Assembly (NCBI GenBank): GCA_964016885.1 | Contig: OZ024740.1 | Location: 63,736,001 to 63,800,000 of the forward strand | DNA length: 64,000 bases | Reading direction: 5' to 3' | Source: Eledone cirrhosa | Lineage: Eukaryota | Part shown: positions 1-11,391 of the stretch, piece by piece | Layout of the letters: each line of letters opens with the position of its first letter | Position numbering within the stretch: position 1 is the first letter of the stretch | The notes under the pieces: generated by a model | Seen by the model: only the letters and a program-made list of their open reading frames with translations | The model's database searches: none | Told to the model about the DNA's origin: nothing | Made by a program: the position numbers and the translations under genes

Positions 1-13
1 ATATATGTATGCA

Positions 14-306
14 AGGTCCTGTAACTTCTGAGGGAGTCGTAGGGATGCCATAGTGGCATACAGCATTTCTTGAGCATTTATAAGCCTGATGGAGCCCATC
101 TCCTCTCTAAGTCTGAATACAGCAGATTTCTTCCAGAGAAGTGAAAAAGAGATATAGAGGAAGAATCAACCCCAGTACTAGACTAGAACTTTTTATATCG
201 ACCTCGAAAAGATAAAAGGCAAAGTTGACCTTGGCGGGATTTGAACTCAGAGCGCTGGAACAAATACTGCAAAGTATTTGTTCGACTCCTCCAATTCACT
301 GCCTCC
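14..306 (-). mobile_element. tRNA-derived SINE, copy 1 of 3
   Basis: A-box-like (ggcagtgaattgg) and B box (gagttcaaatccc), central gtcaactttgccttttatcttttcgaggtcgata; homologous to 19838-20136 and 45936-46265. Confidence 0.75.
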
Positions 307-344
307 ATCATATATATATATATATATATATACATAAAATGGTG

Positions 345-808
345 ATAATGATGATGATATCAGCATCATCAATATCATTTTTACATCTGCTTTTCCATGC
401 TTGCATGGGTTGGACAAGTTTTCAGCACAGCATTTCTCTACACATCACATTTCTTTGCCAATTCCTGTGAGTTTCAGCGATTTAAAATTACCTTTCACCA
501 CCTTGGTCCAGGTTTTCCTTTCTACTGGGATTTCCTGGCACTTCTTTATGTAGTGATCATCATCCATGCACATCACATGTCCATACCAATGCAGTCTTCT
601 CTCTTGCACACCACTTCTGATTTCTCTTAAACCCAAATTCTCCTTCAGTTCATCCAACCTCTGTTATTCTCTCACAATAACATCACACATACATCAAAGC
701 ATGGTTGCTTCATTTCTAGCCAGCATACGCATGTCTTCTGCAGTCACTGCTCATGTTTCCTACCATGCAGCATCACACATAGACATCATATAGCCAACCT
801 TTTGTTCA
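345..808 (-). mobile_element. 5'-truncated decayed RTE LINE 3' end
   Basis: ORF 445..657 (VQERRLHWYGHVMCMDD) is homologous to the intact RTE C-terminus; conserved tail motif plus (TGA)n. Confidence 0.85.
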
Positions 809-850
809 TAAATATATATACATATATATAATACATTCACACACACAAGA

Positions 851-967
851 TTTATTCACAGGTTATATTTACACAGCCAGACTATCTATATGTTTATTAA
901 AAATACTGTAAATGATTTCCTTGTATACATTTATTCATAACCACGATGTGTTGATATTTTTTTTATT
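851..967 (-). terminator. Candidate polyadenylation signal cluster of U2AF2
   Basis: Four minus-strand AATAAA (plus tttatt at 851, 893, 930, 962), about 475-590 nt after the stop. The region is AT-rich, so some may be chance. Confidence 0.45.
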
Positions 968-1361
968 AATATATATTATATGTGTATATATATATATATA
1001 TGTGTGTATATATATACACATATATAAAGTGTATATATATATATATATATACACACACACATATATATGTATATATATATATACACACATATATAATATG
1101 TATATATATATACACGTGTATATATATATATATAAATACATAAGTGTGTATATATATATATATATATATATTTACAAATATGTGTATATATGCATACATA
1201 TATGTGTATATGTGTATATATATATACACACACACACACGTGTATATACACACACATCCATATATGTGTATATGTATATACACACACACACACACACACA
1301 CACAATGTATATATATATATATATATAGATAGATATAGGTATAGATATATATATATATATA
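968..1361. repeat. Compound (TA)n/(CA)n/(TG)n microsatellite in the probable 3' UTR
   Basis: Directly visible; source of the spurious YIYI ORFs. Confidence 0.95.
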
Positions 1362-1440
1362 TTTGAAAATGGAAAATGCAACAATTGCTATTATGTTTAA
1401 CTCTTCTGTCCTCCATATGATGGCCACCCCATGGTATTTG

Positions 1441-1614
<174 letters not shown>

Positions 1615-1789
1615 TCAGAAATGCTGTTGACATAACCACCACCATACACACAAAAACTAAAATCCAGACAGTATATTAGGAACTAAAGGCATCTACACTC
1701 CACTCATGCTTCCCGAAATACGCCAAAACTACACCTGATGTACCCCTTCCATACACATGCACACGTGTGTATCATGACTCGTGCACTGT

Positions 1790-2018
1790 TCATTTTACTG
1801 ATGTTTGTGCATTGCCCTATGTACTGTACATGCACTTTTTTGATGAGTTGTGGTGCACCTGGGCACTGTACACAATATTTCATTATTGTTATTATTATTA
1901 TATCATGACTCATACACTGTTCATTTTCATGACATTTGTACATTATTCTATGTACTATACATGCACCTTTGATGAGTTGTAGTGCACCTGAGCACTGTAC
2001 ACAATAATTTCATTATTA
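1790..2018 (+). repeat. Tandemly duplicated ~130-bp retroelement-like tail ending in (ATT)n
   Basis: gatgagttgt(g/a)gtgcacctg(g/a)gcactgtacacaat at 1842 and 1971, each followed by cattatt; the second tail is interrupted by the RTE insertion. Confidence 0.65.
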
Positions 2019-2321
2019 TCATCATCATCATCATCATCACCGTTTTACGTCCGTTCTTCCACGCTAGCATGGGTTAGACGGGTTGTCCTTTGTGGGCAGT
2101 GTCTGGTCGGCTGACCATGCCTTGCTCATACAGGAACTGATCTGGCTTGATTTCTACAGCTGGATGCCCTTCCTAACACCAACCTCATTTACAGTGAGTG
2201 CTGGGTGCTTTTTCGTGGCGCCTACACGTCCACTTTACAGTGTGGGCTGAGTGCTTTTTTGCCGTGGCACCTCCACGACCACCTTGCGGTGGGGGGAGTG
2301 GGGGCATATTGTTTATATGCT

Positions 2322-5300
2322 TCAGCATGTACCCATGGGAGGTCGGGTACCCTGTATTACTGCGTGACGCCAGAAGTCACGGTCGTGTGTCATTGTCTTT
2401 GAGAGGTGTAGTTGGGTAAGGTCGGCTTTTATCACCTCATCCCAAGTCATCTTGGGTCTCCCCACTCCGCAGTTTCCATCAACTTCTAGTGCTCTGCACC
2501 TTTTTATGCAGCTGTCATCCTTCATACGCATCACATGTCCATACCAGCGTAACCGCCTCTCCTGCACGCAGCATTTGATTCCTCTTATGCTCAGTCTCTC
2601 TCTCAATTCTTTTATGCTTTGTCGTTCACGTATATTACTGTTACACATCCATCGGAGCATGCAGGCTTCGTTTCTCTCTAATCTACGTAAGTCTTCCACC
2701 TTCAGCGCCCAGGTCTCACTACCATGCAACATCGCTGTTCGGATACACGCATCATACAGTCTGCCTTTCATTCTGAGGGAGAAGCCTTTTGCAGCTAGCA
2801 GTGGTAGTAGTTCCCTAAACTTCTTCCATCCCGTTCTTACCCTAGTTATTGTACTTTCTGAGCACCCACCTCCGTTGCTAATTCGGTCACCTAGGTAGCA
2901 GAAGCTGTCTACTGTTTCTACAGGGCCCTCCCAGAGATTGGTGGTACTTGTTTCCTGTGGCTGTTTGCTTGCTGTTTCAGCACAGCTGCTGCATGTGAAT
3001 CCTACATTCTTAATTAAGCTTCCTGAGATCCCGCTACATCTCTTGTGTACCCATTGTTTGCATTTGGGGCAGAGAATGGAGTTCCTACCTACACCTTTCC
3101 TACATACTGAGCAAGGCCATTTCCCTGAGGGGATCTGGGTTCTGTTTTCTCGTCTACTTACAAGGACCTTAGTCTTTGTCATGTTGACTTTGAGGCCCTT
3201 TCTCTCTAGTCCCTGCTTCCAGGTTTGGAATTTATTCTCTAGTTCTACCATAGATTCAGCTATGAGTGCGAGGTCATCAGCATACAGGAGTTCCCATGGG
3301 CATCCGGTCTTAAACTCCTCCGTTATTGCCTGCAGGACTATGATGAACAGGAGCGGGCTAAGAACAGAGCCCTGGTGGACCCCAACCTGTACGCTAAATT
3401 CCTCGCTATACTCATTGCTAATCCTAACTTTGCTGACTGCTCCCCTATACATGGCTTGTACCGCTTTCACAAACCATTCATCTACTCCTAGTTTTCTAAG
3501 AGCCCACCAGATTACCGCACGTGGAACTCTGTCAAAGGCTTTCTCAAGGTCGACAAATGCCAAGTAGAGTGGCTTACTTTTAGCTAGGTACTTTTCCTGT
3601 AATTGCCTCACAAGGAAGAGGGCATCAGTGGTGCCTCTCCCTGGTACAAACCCAAATTGCATCTCGTCTATATTCACCCGGTCCCTAATCAGCTGTGCTA
3701 TAACTCTTTCTGTTACTTTCATGACCTGGTCCATCAACTTTATACCTCTATAGTTTCCTCTATCTAGTGCATCGCCTTTACCTTTGTAGCAGTTGACAAT
3801 GATGCTACTGCACCAATCTTTTGGTATGGCCCCTTCTAGTATTACCTGGTTAACGATACGTGTGGTTATAGTGTGACCTACAGAACCAGATGCCTTCAGC
3901 ATCTCGGCAGCTATACCCGATGGACCGGTTGCCTTCCCCATCTTCATATCTCTGATTGCCTTACTTACTACGCTGCCGCTGACTTGTACTGCTGGTCCCT
4001 CTATAGGGTCTACATGGGGTAGGGTCTCTTCTTCCCATGCATTCTCCTCATTTAGTAATCTATCATAATGACTCTTCCATGCATCTTTCTTCTCAGCACT
4101 TGTGAGGGCAAGCTCACCTTTATCATTCCGGATACACTTCTCTCCAATGACATCACAACTATCTCTGACACACTGCCTCGCAATCTTGAATACCTCCTGT
4201 TTCTGGTCCTCACGTTGTAAAACATGCTTGAATTTTCTATCCTCTGCTTCCCTCCTAGCTAAGTATACTTGTCGCCTAGCTTCCCTCTTGGTCTCTATGT
4301 AATGTACCCTGCTCCCCCCGTTCTTCCATTCTTTCCATGCTTGTCTTTTGGCCTTGACTGCTTCATCTACCTTATTGTTCCACCACCAAGTCACTCTCCT
4401 CCTGCTTGAGGTCTTACTCCAGCCACAAACCTCATCCGTCGCCTCTAGTAAGTTATTTTTTAGGAACTCCCAGTTCTCTTCTACGTTAAATGTCTCTATC
4501 TGTTCTTCTTTACTGTCGTAGGCGTTGAGTAAAATATCTTTAAATCTGTTACTGGTTGAGGGGACTTTCAGCTTCCAGATCTTTCTTCTCCAGGTTGGCC
4601 TCTGTTTCCGGGTTCGTCTAGTTCTAACCGTGAGGTCGCTGACAACTAAGCTATGTTGGGATGTACATTCCTCACTAGGGAAGGCTTTTGTGTTTACGAC
4701 CGTCCATCTGTCACGTCCTCTGATGAGGATAAAATCTAACTGACTAGAGTGCTCCCCTGATCTATAGGTGATCAGGTGGTTGTCGGGTTTTTTAAAGTTT
4801 GTGTTACATATCGACATGTCATTGGCGTCGCAGAATTCTAGAAGTCTGAATCCTTCCTCATTCCTTGTGCCAACTCCATGGCCTCCATGTACTCTATTGA
4901 AGCCGTCGCAGTGTTTACCTACGTGTCCGTTAAAATCTCCTGCAATGATTAGGAAGTCCTTGTCGTCTGTTAGAGCAGTAGTGTGTATTAGGGACTCGTA
5001 AAACCTATCCTTAAGTTCGTCTGGCAGCCCCGATTGGGGTGCGTAAGCTGATATTATTGTGGTAATTGTCTTATTCAGGACTAGTCTGAGTTTAATGATT
5101 CTTGCATTTACCCTGTACACTGAGATTACTTTATCTACCCACTTGTCAGCTAATAGTATACCTACACCACCCATCCCATCGTCATTTCCCACCCAGAAAA
5201 ATTTGTAGCACTGGCTTTTTCCTACAAGGACTCTAGCAGACCCTCCTCTCCATCTAGTCTCTTGCACACAGCATACATCAACTTCCTTTCGCTCTAGCAT

Positions 5301-5441
5301 TTCTACGATTTCGCCTGCTTTTCCTTTCATTGAGCCTACATTGATGGTACCAACTCGGAGTTTTGGGCATTTGTCGACACTCGTAGGGGAGGGTCTCTGG
5401 GTTGGCGCTTCACGTGGGTGCTTGGTAGCTCGCAGATTCAT
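2322..5441 (-). CDS. RTE polyprotein: APE endonuclease, reverse transcriptase and PHD-type zinc finger (1039 aa)
   Basis: EN motifs GTINVG, VQETRW, GDFNGHVG, DFIL, SQH; RT motifs FVDLEKAFD, QGSVLSP, YADD; C-x2-C..C-x2-C..H-x2-C..C-x2-C at ~2982-3119; RRLRWYGHV..GRPK C-terminus; no stops or frameshifts. Confidence 0.95.
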   Translation of the reverse strand: MNLRATKHPREAPTQRPSPTSVDKCPKLRVGTINVGSMKGKAGEIVEMLERKEVDVCCVQETRWRGGSARVLVGKSQCYKFFWVGNDDGMGGVGILLADKWVDKVISVYRVNARIIKLRLVLNKTITTIISAYAPQSGLPDELKDRFYESLIHTTALTDDKDFLIIAGDFNGHVGKHCDGFNRVHGGHGVGTRNEEGFRLLEFCDANDMSICNTNFKKPDNHLITYRSGEHSSQLDFILIRGRDRWTVVNTKAFPSEECTSQHSLVVSDLTVRTRRTRKQRPTWRRKIWKLKVPSTSNRFKDILLNAYDSKEEQIETFNVEENWEFLKNNLLEATDEVCGWSKTSSRRRVTWWWNNKVDEAVKAKRQAWKEWKNGGSRVHYIETKREARRQVYLARREAEDRKFKHVLQREDQKQEVFKIARQCVRDSCDVIGEKCIRNDKGELALTSAEKKDAWKSHYDRLLNEENAWEEETLPHVDPIEGPAVQVSGSVVSKAIRDMKMGKATGPSGIAAEMLKASGSVGHTITTRIVNQVILEGAIPKDWCSSIIVNCYKGKGDALDRGNYRGIKLMDQVMKVTERVIAQLIRDRVNIDEMQFGFVPGRGTTDALFLVRQLQEKYLAKSKPLYLAFVDLEKAFDRVPRAVIWWALRKLGVDEWFVKAVQAMYRGAVSKVRISNEYSEEFSVQVGVHQGSVLSPLLFIIVLQAITEEFKTGCPWELLYADDLALIAESMVELENKFQTWKQGLERKGLKVNMTKTKVLVSRRENRTQIPSGKWPCSVCRKGVGRNSILCPKCKQWVHKRCSGISGSLIKNVGFTCSSCAETASKQPQETSTTNLWEGPVETVDSFCYLGDRISNGGGCSESTITRVRTGWKKFRELLPLLAAKGFSLRMKGRLYDACIRTAMLHGSETWALKVEDLRRLERNEACMLRWMCNSNIRERQSIKELRERLSIRGIKCCVQERRLRWYGHVMRMKDDSCIKRCRALEVDGNCGVGRPKMTWDEVIKADLTQLHLSKTMTHDRDFWRHAVIQGTRPPMGTC

Positions 5442-5670
5442 ATTTCATCTATTGATTCAGAGTTGCTCAAATGTATTCTCAGCTCATCCATCCATAACGG
5501 TGGGAAAATTGAGGGCTAGAGGAACAGTGGTGGTGGGGTAATGGCAGGGTGTGTTGGGATGCGCCAGAGGAGGAGAGAGTTAGTTAGGCAGCTAGTAGCA
5601 GCAGCAGTGGAAATGGCATGCTAGGTCGAATAGACTATGGTGTGTGTGGGGGTGGGGGGAACTTGTGAGG

Positions 5671-6484
5671 TAGGAACTGAGGGTCGCATGGTAAATAACT
5701 GAGAGAGATACAATAGAATTAGAATACCGCATGGTAAATATCCAAGTTAATACTACATCAGTAAAATTAACAATAATAATAACGTCATGAAAACTACTAA
5801 GAAAAACCCTCGAAAATTTATCGCTAATACAGCAGGGAACATAATTAATATTAACAACAATATGTAGGCTAAAATACCTTCGGAGATTAGTAAGGATGGA
5901 TGGATGGCTGGAACAATTGGAATCAACTCTAGTGATACATTTTAGCAGAGAAGAATGGGAAAGTGTCTTATCTCTTCAATATTTTCAGATTGAATGAATT
6001 AGGTTGAATAGGTTAAAGACAAGGTAGTAAACCTTAAAGAGATGCATAGAGAGGGGGGGGGGGGGGGGGGTAGGAACTGAGGGTCGCATGGTAAATAACT
6101 GAGAGAGATACAATAGAATTAGAATACTGCATGGTAAGTATCCAAGTTAATACTACATCAGTAAAATTAACAATAATAACGTCATGAAAACTACTAAGAA
6201 AAACCCTCGAAAATTTATCGCTAATACAGCAGGGAACATCATTAATATTAACAACAATATGTAGGCTAAAATACCTTCGGAGATTAGTAAGGATGGATGG
6301 ATGGCTGGAACAATTGGAATCAACTCTAGTGATACATTTTAGCAGAGAAGAATGGGAAAGTGTCTTATCTCTTCAATATTTTCAGATTGAATGAATTAGG
6401 TTGAATAGGTTAAAGACAGGGTACTAAACCTTAAAGAGATGCATAGAGAGGGGGGGGGGGGGGGGTAGGAACTGAGGGTCGCAT
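5671..6484 (-). repeat. Two near-identical ~400-bp tandem monomers plus a partial third in the RTE 5' region
   Basis: taggaactgagggtcgcat starts at 5671, 6071 and 6466; G homopolymer runs at the junctions. Confidence 0.9.
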
Positions 6485-6829
6485 TATATTATTATTATTA
6501 TTATTATATTATTATCACCACCAACACCTCATCCATGGTCATCTAACCAGAATGCCAATTAACCAGCTGGCCCTATGAGCCTATAATACCTAATACCTAG
6601 TACTCAAACTTCAGAGGCCAGTGGAACAGTACACAAGTAGTGGATTGATAGAGTCACACAGATGTTCCATACCCACAACATGACTCCACTGCAGGTGTCA
6701 GGTCTTGATGCAGATCATTAACTTCATACCCCAGGGACACCTTCCCAATAAAACACATGAACCACAAAGAATTTTTTTTTTTTCTACTTAGACATAAGAG
6801 TGATGAAAGTCCAAGTGTCACTGTACATT

Positions 6830-7600
6830 ACATCCTCATCATCATTTTACGTCCGCTTTTCCCTGCTTGCAAGGGTGGGACGGGTCCTATTCAGCACAGC
6901 ATCTCTCCACTTGTCACGGTCCTTCGTCATCTCCTCCGTGAGCTTCAGCAATCTGTAGTCTGCTCTCACCACCTCCGCCCATGTTTTTCGTGGTCTTCCT
7001 TCTACTGGCATTTCTTGGCACTTCTTTACCCAGCGGTCATCCTCCATGCGCATCACATGTCCATACTATCGCAGTCTTCTCTCCCGCACACTACAACTTA
7101 TCCTTCTTAAACACAGTTTCTCTCTCAACTCATCCATGCTTGGTCGTTCATGTACATTGACATTGCACATCCAACAGAGCATGCTTGCTTCATTTCTCTC
7201 CAGCCGTCGCATATCCTCTGCAGTTGCTGCCCATGTCTCACTATTTTGCAGCATCGCACATCTCACAAAGGCATTATATAACCGGCCTTTCGTACGCAGG
7301 GAGAAACCCTTCCTTGTCAGCAGAAGAAGCAGCTCCCTAAATTTCTTCCAACTCATCCTTATTCTAGATACTATGGCCTTGGAACACCCTCCGCTCATGC
7401 TAATCTGATCACCTAGGTACCAGAAACTATCAACCACTTCTATAACCTACCTGCATTTGAAAAATGTGTCTATGAATGCGACTTCTACTGTCAAATTTCC
7501 CTGTACATCTACTGCATACGTAGTTTTCCCTACCTGTTAATTTGTCTGCTATCCCACTACATTTATTGTGTACCCAAGATCTACATTGTGTACATTTTAG
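6830..7600 (-). mobile_element. 5'-truncated RTE LINE (same subfamily as 11392-14440)
   Basis: ORFs 6847..7056 and 7066..7437 match the RTE C-terminus; high similarity to the reverse complement of 13655-14440. Confidence 0.9.
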
Positions 7601-7628
7601 AATTTATAGAATACTGTATAATCTAATG

Positions 7629-7811
7629 CAGGCATGTCAAATATGCGGCCCACATGCAGCTCTTTAGAAGCACACCTGTGGCCCGCACAAAGGTTTTTTA
7701 CAGCACGAGCATATTTTATCTTTGTAATATAAAATTAAAAAAATTAGTTGTCATGTGTAGCCTTCAGACAACACATGTGGCCCTCGCTGCTCCCTCAGTT
7801 TGACATGCCTG
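7629..7811. mobile_element. hAT-type MITE (183 bp)
   Basis: 13-bp TIRs caggcatgtcaaa / tttgacatgcctg, internal ggccc motifs, perfect 8-bp TSD atctaatg (7621-7628 and 7812-7819). Confidence 0.9.
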
Positions 7812-8312
7812 ATCTAATGCACTACTATTGCAGATTAAGTATGGCTACCTGATTAAGTTTGTTTTGTATCCTTGTGGTTCTAGGTTCAATCCTAGGGTGC
7901 AGTAAAATTGCCAGTTCATATGAGCAGGATTTTAGCAGACTGGAATTTCTTCAAATTGGGTGTATGTGTGTGTTTTGCTAATGTATATTGGCAAAATATG
8001 TAAACTATGCCGAGAAAACCTAAATTTAGTGCTTTGCTGATATCTTTTGTGATATTTGTTCTATTCAGCATTAGTCACTCCCTTATTACTGTAGCTATGA
8101 GAAACCAACTGAGTCAGTAATTGGTCTGATAGAAACATAGAACCAATGAACCAATAAAGCTATTGCTTACCAATTTGCAATATGAAATAAAAACAAGAAT
8201 ATAGATAACCATCATCATCATGATTGTTTTCTGGCTGACACTACATCACTGATTACACAACAACCAGCAATACTACCAAGACAAATACCACCACTACTAC
8301 TTTCAATAATTA

Positions 8313-8477
<165 letters not shown>

Positions 8478-8628
8478 TCAGAAAATTTTTTTAAAAAGTA
8501 AATAAAAATAGAAGCTGTTTATGTGTCAAGTTGTAAAGAATGGCAATATTGGGAAGTATGGTGAGAGAGAGAGGGAGGAGAGGGAAGAGAGAGAGAGATT
8601 TGTGTGTTGTTAGGAGATGTAAGTATTG

Positions 8629-8668
<40 letters not shown>

Positions 8669-8944
8669 GTGTGTGTGTCATCTTCATTAATTTATGTTCG
8701 CTTTCCATATTGGTACGGGTTGGATAGATTATTACAATCCAAGTCAGTTCTTATTTGAAGTTACTGACCTCATAGATGGGATTAGAGGACCACGTCTTGC
8801 TTGTACATTCCAAATTTTCGGATGGTTTCTATGGCCAGATCCCTTTCCTAACATTACCAATCTATAGTGTACTGGGTGCATTTTGTCCATAAATAGTTAA
8901 GCATGCTTTGAGCCCAGTCAAGCAAACTCAAGAAAATAGAATGA

Positions 8945-9708
8945 TCATCATCATCATCACTGTTTTATGTCCGATCTTTCACGCTAGCATGGGTTAGGCA
9001 GGTTGTCCTGTTGTGGGCAGTGTCCGGTCGGCTGACCATGCTTTGCTCATACGAGAACTGATTCTGGCTTGATTTCTAGAGCTGGATGCCCTTCCTAACA
9101 CCAACCTCATTTACAGAGAGTGCTGGGTGCTTTTTTTCCACGGCGCCTACACGTCCCTTTACAGTGTGGACTGGGTGCTTTTTTGCTGTGGCACTTCCAC
9201 GACCACTTTGCAGTGGGAGGGTGTGGGGGCATATTGTCTATGCTTCAGCTTCGGCTTGTACCCGTGGGAAGTTGGGTCTTCTGTATTACTGCGTGATGCC
9301 AGAGGTGACGGTCATGTGTCATCGCTTTTGAGAGGTGTAATTGGGTAAGGTCGGCGTTTATCACCTCATCCCAGGTCTTCTTGGGTCTCCCCACTCCGCG
9401 GTTTCCATCGACTTCTAGTGCTCTGCACCTTTTTATGCAGCTGTCATCCTTCATATGCATCACATGTCCATACCAACACAACCACCTCTCCTGCACACAG
9501 CATTTGATTCCTCTTATGCTCAGTCTCTCTATCAATTCACTTATGCTTTGCCATTCGCGTATATTACTATTACACATCCATCGGAGCATGCAGGCTTTGT
9601 TTTTTTCTAATCTACGCAAGTCTTCCACAGACAGCGTCCAGGTCTCACTACCATGTAACATTGCTGTTCGTATACACGCATCATACAGTCTGCCTTTCAT
9701 TTTGAGGG
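8945..9708 (-). mobile_element. 5'-truncated copy of the intact RTE subfamily
   Basis: ORF 9245..9721 is nearly identical to the last ~150 aa of the 1039-aa ORF and has the same 3' UTR and tail. Confidence 0.92.
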
Positions 9709-9720
9709 AAGAGGGACACA

Positions 9721-10005
9721 ATCATCATCATCATCGTTTTACGTCCGTTTTTCCATGTTAGCATGAGTTAGAAGTGTTGTCCTGTTGTGGGCAATGCCAG
9801 GTCGGGTGACCATATCTTGCTCATACGGGAACTGATTTTAGCTTGATTTCTACAGCTGTCCTTCCTAACACCAACCTCATTTACAGTGAGTACTGGGTGC
9901 TTTTTTTATTGTGGCGACTACATGGCCACTTTACAGTGTGGACTGGGTGTTTTTTGTTGTGACACCTCCACAACCACTTTGCAGTGGGAAGTCGGGTGTT
10001 CTGTA
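9721..10005 (-). mobile_element. RTE 3' UTR-only copy
   Basis: (TGA)n tail, ccatgttagcatg hairpin and tttacagtg repeats as in 2020-2300. Confidence 0.8.
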
Positions 10006-10189
10006 TGACACAATGTAAGAGCTAAAAGACAATGATAAAAAATAAAGTGACAGCAAGAGTCACCATCACCGTATCCAGAGATCAAAGATGGAGGTCATTT
10101 AATAAGAGATATCAATGAAATGATTACATCATCTTCGTTTTATATATACATAATTATATTATGTATATATTATAAAGACTCAGGAGTAA

Positions 10190-10890
10190 TTGCTGATAAC
10201 AACCTAAGCTGGGCCATTCATAAACAGCAAAGTTAATATGGGCCACAGGATGTGTTCCTGGATTCTCATAACTTTCCAGTCAAGATATATCCACACCATT
10301 ATCCTTCTCTTCTCTACTTATGCCTGGCTCAACCTTGAATACTATTGTCCACTGTGGTCTCCCCACACGAAACAAAGTATTATGAAAATTAAAGCACCCC
10401 AAAGGTCAATGACAAAAAAAGATAGATGGCATGACAGGCCTTGTCTATTGGGGTGGACTAGGAAAGCTCAAACTCTACTCTCTCTAACACTGCCATGAGT
10501 ACCATATTGTCTGAATGGTGTAGAAAAAAATTCCATCAACATTGCCCAAATGGTGTTGGCATCATCTTTAAAATACACCTAAGGCTGGGCCCCATGCTAT
10601 CCGCCGACAACAAAAATCAAACTTGCATCTCAACAACATTACAGCACAATTATTTAACCTCAACTGGTCTCACTCTCTTTAACATTACACCAAAACACAT
10701 AAAAACAGAAACAGATCCCATAAAATTAAAAAAGTCTTTGTGACAAATTCCTCCAAGAAATCCTGGATAAACCTCCTACACATGGATATGTCTCTGTAAA
10801 CAATAATAACTCTCTACTTGAGTGGGCCATGGTGTCCAAATCCTGATTTGAAAGAATTGTGGTCTCTTTGGTCTCAGCTCCACAGAGTCT
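10190..10890 (+). mobile_element. Decayed CR1/L2-group LINE 3' remnant
   Basis: Frameshifted peptides NLEYYCPLWSPH..QRSMTKK and LFNITPKHIK..LKKSL..DKFLQEILDKP resemble CR1-group ORF2 C-termini. Confidence 0.6.
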
Positions 10891-11228
10891 ACATATATAC
10901 AGTATAGACACATGTCTCTTACTCCACTGGAAGGTGTTTGGTTTATATCAGATGCTGTGACTCCGCATGACAAGCAGTACCGTTGGTCGGAGTCGAAATT
11001 GCACAAGTTCATCTCATCGGCCGATGACCAAGGAGTTCTGTGTCCTTCGTTTGCATTTTTTTTTTTTTAATAATTTTTTAATGTTTCCCTTTAAAAAATT
11101 GTATTTTGTTTTGTTTTCTTTTCGTTTGTTGTTTTGTCCTTTCTTTGTTAATTTTCTTAAGGTTATATATATATATGTGTATGTATGTATGAAATAAAGA
11201 TCTTCAGGAATGTTAGAAAGCAACTCAC

Positions 11229-11349
11229 CTTCATATTCCTCTTCATCCTCCAACTCATCAGGAGTGACCATGTTCATAAGACACAACACCTCTGTAGGAG
11301 GACCAGCCCCTTGGTTCAAATTCAAACCTGGAATTTGGAGCTGCACAAG
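11229..11349 (-). CDS. U2AF2: U2AF65 exon, linker and start of UHM
   Basis: tctctttatag|CTT GTG...TAT GAA G|gtgagt; 121 nt, LVQLQIPGLNLNQGAGPPTEVLCLMNMVTPDELEDEEEYE; ends in phase 1. Confidence 0.96.
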
Positions 11350-11391
11350 CTATAAAGAGAAAAAATATATATCAGGAACAAGAACAAGAAT

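Larger units (their letters stand above)
2018..6484 (-). mobile_element. Apparently full-length RTE-clade non-LTR retrotransposon (~4.5 kb) in the last U2AF2 intron
   Basis: Single intact ORF, ~1-kb 5' region, 3' UTR 2041-2321, (TGA)n tail at ~2018-2040; cattat on both flanks (inserted into an (ATT)n tract). Confidence 0.93.

Noticed and set aside
912-1427. YIYI/HTHT-rich ORFs (also at 49258-52222)
   Set aside because: Translations of dinucleotide microsatellites.
4649-4660. SQH instead of SDH as an inactivating endonuclease mutation
   Set aside because: The independent copies at ~12085 and ~15240 also have QH, so this is a family trait.
2452-5001. Plus-strand ORFs opposite the RTE (and equivalents on other copies)
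   Set aside because: Antisense shadows of the RT coding frame.
11014-11346. ORF-track proteins 11014..11346 and 19099..19374 as stand-alone genes
   Set aside because: Each is a single U2AF2 exon plus intronic read-through.
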